A stretch of 64,000 bases of DNA from Octopus vulgaris (lineage: Eukaryota): assembly GCA_951406725.2 (NCBI GenBank), contig OX597818.1, positions 18,910,001 through 18,974,000 of the forward strand. Direction: 5' to 3'. Below are positions 56,900-64,000 of the stretch, in pieces. Under the pieces are notes generated by a model. That model was not told the DNA's origin and made no database searches. It saw nothing but the letters and a program-made list of their open reading frames with translations. The stretch's first letter is position 1. Every line of letters starts with the position of its first letter. Made by a program: the position numbers and the translations under genes.

Positions 56900-57977
56900 A
56901 ACACGCATATACATGTTTGAGGGTATGTACATGTAGATACAAAGGTACATGACTTTAGTATGTATGGGTGTATATATGTGTGTATGAGGGTGTACATGTA
57001 CATATCTTAGTATTTGCTCCAACTCCACTGCTTGACCACCGGTAGTGGTTTGTTTACGTCCCTGTAATATAGTGGTTCCGTAAAAGAGATCGATAGAGTA
57101 AATACCAGACGTCAAAAATAAATAGCTGGGGTCGGTCTGTTCGAATAAATCCTTCATGGCAGCGCTCCAGCATGGCTGCAGTTCAACGACTGAAACAAAC
57201 AAAAGAAAAAAGAAAGTGTGAAAGAAAAATGTCTCCGCTAGAAAAAAAAAATCGAATAAGACGCTACATTGAAAATGAAAATCGTTGTATTTGTTATCTG
57301 TTCAAAGAACAATGCTGCAGGATGGAACTATGAAATGAATGAAAAGTTGACATCTCGAAGAATTTGCCAGGCAAGGCACATGAAGCAAGAACCAGTATCT
57401 GTCAGTGGCCTGAATTAAAAATTAATAATCAGGTTCGATTAATGAATATCCAACAAACTAGTTGTACGGTTACTCAAACTATCTTATCTACTCAAGAACT
57501 CAATTGGCCAAAACCATATCCAAATGAATGTCAAAATTTCAAAGCAACAACAAATCGTTTGTGCGCATGCTCCACCAATGGATGCGTTGTGCAATTATTT
57601 GACAAAATTTCATAAAGAAGAATTCGTGTAGAAACGTGTAATATGAGGATGAAGAGTGTAAAAGGAAGGAAGGATAGCAAATATTCCCTTCGAGTGGTTC
57701 AAAACTGTACACCAATCTCTTTACACAAAATATTTGGAAGTATATTCAGCAAGATAGGCGTGGCTGAGTGGTAAGAAGTTAGCTTCCCAACCAGATGGAT
57801 CCGGATCCAGTCCCACTTCGTGACACCTTGGGCGAGTGTCTTCTACTATACCCTCGAGCTCAAAACATTGTGAATCGATCTGGTAAGCGGAAACTGAAAG
57901 AAACCTATCGTATATATATATATATAATATAATATAATATAAAATATGAATTAGAGATAAAAAATTGAATTTCCCCC

Positions 57978-58018
<41 letters not shown>

Positions 58019-59478
58019 GCATACATACATATATAGATATAGATATAATACATATATATGTATATATTTATGTGTGTCTGTGTTTGTTACCCCACCATCG
58101 CTTGACAACCGACGCTGGTGTGCTTACGTCTTCGTAACTTGGTGATTTGGTAAAAGAGACCGATAGAATGAATTCTAGTCTTACAAAGAATAAGTGCTGG
58201 GGTCGATTTTTTTGACTATAACCTTTTAAGGCGGCGCTCCAGCATGGCCGCAGTCAAATGACTGGAACAGATAAAAGAAAGATTTAGAAGGAATTAAAAG
58301 TTAATCACTCACGCATATATTACATTGTGTAACAAACTTCTATTTTATTTATTCATTTATTTTTGTGTTTGGTCAGTAAGTGTTTTTTCCTATTTGCTTC
58401 TGTCTAGAAATCAAAGGAAATGACTACTATTCCCTTCAGTCTTTGTCTTTGTGACCTGGACATCAATGTTTTGAAACTGACCTATTTTCCATTACATTTC
58501 GGACAGAATATTTGCTATAACGATATTTCTGCTTCAGCAACTTAACGCTAATTTGCTGAAGCAGAGATATCGTTATAGCAAATATTCTGCTCAATATGAC
58601 AGATTTGCTTGTTAGTTGCTTGACTTTAACCACTTGAGCATGTCTCTTAGTGGCTGACAATATATGCATCTCTGATCACGAGCAGGGTAAGTGGAGGAGC
58701 ATCATAGCCATATTTTCGTATGGATTTTGGTGGGGTTTGAATAAATGTAACAAAAGCAATGTTTGAAAGAAATATGAGCCATTTTTCATATTTCCTATAT
58801 GTAAGCAAATAAGAAATAACAGTTGCTTCTCAAAGACAAAATTCGTGTTACACAGCGTAATTAATATTGGAGTGAAAATTAACAACTTGCCTATAAGTTA
58901 AGGTTTTTAAATTACTATAGATCTTTTTGCAGTGTGAATATAATTACATTCAAGTAACTCGTTTTTAAAGAACTGCACTAATGTGTTCAATAATAATACT
59001 TCCTCATTCTGGCACAAAACAACAATTTTATGGGGAGGGAGCGAGTCGATTACATCAATCACAGTTCTCATCTGGTACATATTTTATCAACCCCGAAATG
59101 TTTATAGGCAAAGTTGGCCTCGGCGGAATTTGATCTCAGAATGTAAAGAGCCGGAAGAAATGCCGCTAAGCATTTTGTACGACGTGCTAACGATTCTACA
59201 AGTTCGCCACCTTAAATTATAATAATAATTGTTTCAAATTTTGGTACAAACCAATAATTTTAATTCCGCAACTCCATTTTTGCTTCTGCACACCGCAATG
59301 AAGCACAGCTCCGGGGTGCTTTGCTGTTTTCGGGTTCATTAGAGCGTTTAAGTTCATACTTATTTTATCGACCTCGAAAGGAGAAAAATTAAAGTCGCCC
59401 TCAGCGGAATTTCAACTAAGAATGTGCAGCGTCGGGAGAAATGCTGATAGAAATTTACTTTATCACGCTAACGATTCT

Positions 59479-60080
59479 TATTTCTTTATTGCCCACAATG
59501 GGCTAAACATAGAGGGGACAAACAAAGACAGACAGATAGATTAAGTCGATTATATCGACGCCAGTGCGTAACTGGTACTTAATTTATCGACCCCGAAAAG
59601 ATGAAAGGCAATGTCGACCTCGGCGGAATTTGAACTCAGAACGTACACACAGACGAAATACCTATTTCTTTACTACTCACAATGGGCCAAACACAGAGAG
59701 GACAAACAAGGACAGACAAACGGATTAAGTCGATTATATCGACCCCAGTGCGTAACTGGCACTTATTTAATCGACCCCGAAAGGATGAAAAGCAAAGTCG
59801 ACCTCGGCGGAATTTGAACTCAGAACGTAACGGCGGACGAAATACCTATTTCTTTACTACCCACAAGAGGCTAAATACAGAGAGGACAAACAAGGACAGA
59901 CAAACGGATTAAGTCGATTATATCGATCCCGGTGCGTAACTGGTACTTATTTAATCGACCCCGAAAGGATGAAAGGCAAAGTCGACCTCGGCGGAATTTG
60001 AACTCAGAACGTAACGGCGGACGAAATACCGCTAAGCATTTCACCCGGTGTGCTAACGATTCTGCCAGATCGCCGCCTTA
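59479..60080 (-). mobile_element. Head-to-tail trimer of SINE family B (184-bp period)
   Basis: Units begin at 59479, 59663 and 59847; only the rightmost carries the tRNA-like head. Confidence 0.9.
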
Positions 60081-61856
60081 ACGCATGTAATAATAATGCC
60101 AATGTGTCTATATTCGATAAACTGTCGTTATTTATTATTAAACTGTCATTACTTCTATAGAGTATGGTATATATTATCCTTCTCTTTAGATCAGAATTAC
60201 GCTGAATCAGCCATATACAAAACATGCAAATAATGCACATTAATAAAATGCTTTGCCAAATATTATTTTCATTGAAACCCAAAAGACATAAACGCTTTTC
60301 TTATGAATTTATAAAAAATTCTTGAGGTTGCACTACTGGTGTGGCTTTTACAAGCAGTCTATACGTTAATGTTAATTTTAAATTTGATGAAAACTAAAGT
60401 GCCAAGGAGGAGTCTTTTAGAGTGTTGAACTTGGCTGAAGAAACCCACATCCTCTGGACTGATTATCGTGGATAATTACAGGGAAGTTTCACCTATACTC
60501 TAATTTTAAAACGCTTCTTGCTTTATTTCCGCTTCTATGGCAAGTAGCTTATTCTCATCGTTCTGCTTGATGCCTTTTATTATTTTCATAAGGAAAGCAT
60601 TGGTGCATCGCTCAAGGGATCCCCTTCTCGCACGTTCTACTTGCTTTCACTTTTAGTAAGCTTTTCCTCTTTTCCTTTTGGGGGAGCCTTCTTTTTCTTT
60701 ACCTGTCTTTTGTATGGCTCCGTCAGCCTTGAAACATCTCAGATTAGTCACAATGCTTTCGTCATTTTCGCAAGCCGATAAGATGGCTCTCTTGGTTGTG
60801 ATCAGATGATGGGCTGTCTGGTCGTCGACTTTGGTCGCTAAGTGCGAGGCGAGTACTTAAACCGTCCTCAGTGCTGCAACCTGTGACGAGACTCTAGGGG
60901 TGTTGTTGGAAGCTACTATTTTTCACCGCTCACGCTTTCTCTCAATTTCTAGTTTCCTAGGATGGAAGCCCTCAAATAAATTTTACTACTATATGTGAAG
61001 CAAAAAAACTTTCAATTTCGCAACTCTAATTTTGCCATTTTTGCTTCTGCACACCGCAATGAGGCACAGCTACGGGGTGCTTTGCTGTTTTCGGGTTCAT
61101 TAGAGCGTTTAAGTTCATACTGAGTTCAATATCATTGCCAATGTCCTTGAGTGATTGCCAACCTTGAATTACGGCATGAGTCTATGGAAGCCTCACTATC
61201 TCTGATTGTCGCCCCTGTTTATACATTTAGTAAACACTACCATATGATTTTCTTTGATAGCTTGACAGTACGCTCATTTATATATCAGTTAAAGCTTCCT
61301 TCAGTTAATCCTTTGCGTGTACACTGAAATATCCCTACTTGTCTTCGAGAGGTAGATATATGTCAATTTCCCCCTTGTTATTCTTAAATGGATTTCCCAG
61401 GCAAGGAGATCAACTCAGTTGTGACACGCTGCTTTCTGCTGAATCTTATCAATGTCAAGAAATTTTCTTGAGCAAGCAATATTTATAAAGCTGCTCATGA
61501 ATTCGTTAATATTTAAGTGCAGTAAAAAAATTGTGAATGTGTGAGTTGTTATTGTTTGGTTTTCGCTACGAATATTTAATTCAATATCATCAACATTTTT
61601 TTGTCTCGTATTAATCAATCTTTTCTCTTTGTGTATCCGTTTCTTTTTTCTGTTCTCTTTTCTTTTCTTTCGAAATATCTACTAATATTTTGTTCAAAAT
61701 TTTTCAAGGCTGACAGAGCCATACTTATTCATATTGATGATACTACGATTATTGCAGAAAGTATCGATATCTTCCAGGTATTCCAATAAAAATAATCGTA
61801 CCGCTAATAAAAAAGAACTAGTGTTCAATAATATCTTTTGTGTTCAAACAAGACCA

Positions 61857-61937
<81 letters not shown>

Positions 61938-62056
61938 TATATATATATATATATATACATACATACATACATATACATATCCATACATACATATATATAC
62001 ATATATATATACATACATATATATATATATGTATACATATATATATATATATATGT

Positions 62057-62118
<62 letters not shown>

Positions 62119-62290
62119 CAGTGAGTAACAACCTTCTCGCCTATCTCTAGGATAATTCCGTAATTCCGTGTGACACTACACAGAAATAATCAACCAATTT
62201 TTGAAAATAAATCAACAAAGTGTAATCTAAAACAAGGACTCACTTGAAAACGACTGCTGCTGCTGCTGCTGGTGTTGTTGTTGTTGTTGT

Positions 62291-63060
62291 TAAGGCAGTG
62301 AGCTGCCACTCTGGCCAAAATGCTTAGTGGCATATCTTCTGTCTTTACGTTCTGAGTTCATATTCTGTAGACGTTGACTTTGTCTTTCATCATTTTGGGG
62401 TCGATAAGTTAAGTACCAGTTGAATACCGGAGTCGATGTAATCGACTTAACCCCTCCGCTAAAATTTCGGGCCTTGTGCCTATAATAGGAATGACTATTA
62501 TTGTTGTTGTTGTTAAGGCGGTGAACTGGCAGAATCGTTAGCACGCCGGGGAAAATGCTTTGCAGCATTTCGTTCGTCTTTACGTTCTGAGTTTAAATTC
62601 CACCCTTCTCCAAAATTCCAGGCCTTGTGTCCATAGTAGAAAGGATTATCAATATTATTAAGAAGGCGGCGAACTGGCGGAGCAAAATGTCTGACGTCAT
62701 TTCGTCCGTCTTTATGTTCTGAGTTCAAAATACGCGGAGGTCGATTTTGCGTTTTATCTTTTTGGGGCCGATAAAATAAATACCAGTTGAGCACTGTGCC
62801 AAAACTTGAAACCATTATTATTACCATTATTATTAAGCCGGCGAGCGGGTATAGCAAAATGTTTAGCGGCATTTCGAAAGAATGCTGAGTAAAAATGCTT
62901 TCGTCCGTCTTTACAATCTGAATTCAAAGCCCACCGAGGTCGATTTCTTATTTTAATCATTTCAGAGTCGAGAAAATAAGCATCAGTCGAGCTCTGAGAT
63001 CGATATAATCCACTAGCCTCCTCCACAAGAATTTCAGACTTTGCGCCTTTAACAGAAAAA
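62291..63060 (+). mobile_element. Cluster of four diverged SINE B copies separated by (TTA)/(TTG) tracts
   Basis: Heads at ~62291, 62515, 62663 and 62835. Confidence 0.75.
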
Positions 63061-64000
63061 ATTATTATTAGAGTCAAGTCAGTTTATATTTTCGGACTAC
63101 GCGTTGATGTAGAATTAGCTCTAATAATGTCTATCGTTTTTAGGTTTAGACCGGCTCCGGCTATATATGTTTGGGGTTAATTATATTTATAGGGTTAAGG
63201 CTTTTAGTGTAAAATTCATTGGGGAATATTGTTGAGAGAGTATAAAATAAACGATGTTCTATGCGTTGCTTATTGACTGAATATGTTCAATGTTACGCAC
63301 CAGCTTTTTTTAATGATGCGCGAATGTCACAAATGTCGTTATGACATCTCTCCTGACTCTCTATCCCTCATTCATTCTTTATTTATTTCATCTCTCACTC
63401 CCTCTCCACACCTCCCTCTGTCTCTTTTCTTTCGTTTTTTCTTTCCTTTTCTGTTTTCCCCCTCCTTTTCGCTTTCTCTGCAGTAATTTCTCCTCTTTTC
63501 CTTATTTCACGTACGCAAACACATGCGCATGCACGCATACACGTATACACACATACATAGACGGATTTGAATACACATACATAATGTACATCTATAATTA
63601 TGCACACACACACACACTCACGCACACACATACACACACACACACACATACACGCACACTAACACACACACGCACACACACACACGTGCGCACACTGACA
63701 CACACACTCACACGCATAAATACACGGATTCACACGTGCAAATAATTCCATAACACGCAAAACACACATACACGCTCGCGTACGACGGACGAAACAACAC
63801 ACACACACACACAACATGCTCCACACACACAAAACGCACATACACATAACACGCACATACATACATGCATATTCAGCATAATCATACACACCAAATATAC
63901 AAATATGCACATGCATATTTGCACAAACATACGCAGAGAAAATCCTACTCACTGGTGTACAGTCTCACTTTTCTCTGAGTGCCTGTCTGCTTTTCCGCCC

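Noticed and set aside
59479-60080. CRISPR-like regular repeats
   Set aside because: Units are whole SINE bodies with no unique spacers or cas genes; context is eukaryotic.
63140-63200. Telomere-like TTAGG/AGGGTTA motifs
   Set aside because: Isolated motifs, not an array.

Overview
Repeat-saturated, AT-rich animal genomic DNA. The dense (TA)n/(CA)n/(GATA)n/(TAA)n/(GAA)n microsatellites and the tRNA-headed SINE families suggest an octopus/coleoid genome; this is an inference from repeat style, with no database check. No host protein-coding exon could be recognised, and almost all listed ORFs are microsatellite artefacts. Real protein homology is limited to decayed transposon fragments: two R4/Dong-type LINE pieces, Penelope-like RT, an L1/Tx1 zinc knuckle, RTE RT, a CR1-like endonuclease, a CRE-type REL domain, a hAT/Buster transposase and a possible piggyBac end. 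Non-coding mobile DNA includes three tRNA-SINE families, an RTE-derived bipartite element, hAT and mariner MITEs, a Helitron 3' end and an unnamed ~530-bp (TAA)n-associated repeat. The most interesting signal is a set of hammerhead ribozyme (HHR) motifs. One is a near-canonical type I HHR inside a 307-bp unit with a 60-bp terminal redundancy (retrozyme/circular-RNA-like, 31231-31597). Five dispersed minimal HHR-like motifs sit in short elements beside (TA)n tracts. A gap-free stack of fragments from several retrotransposon clades lies at 47.4-52.3 kb. Candidate promoter/enhancer motif clusters occur at ~0.3-0.6 kb and ~5.1-5.8 kb.
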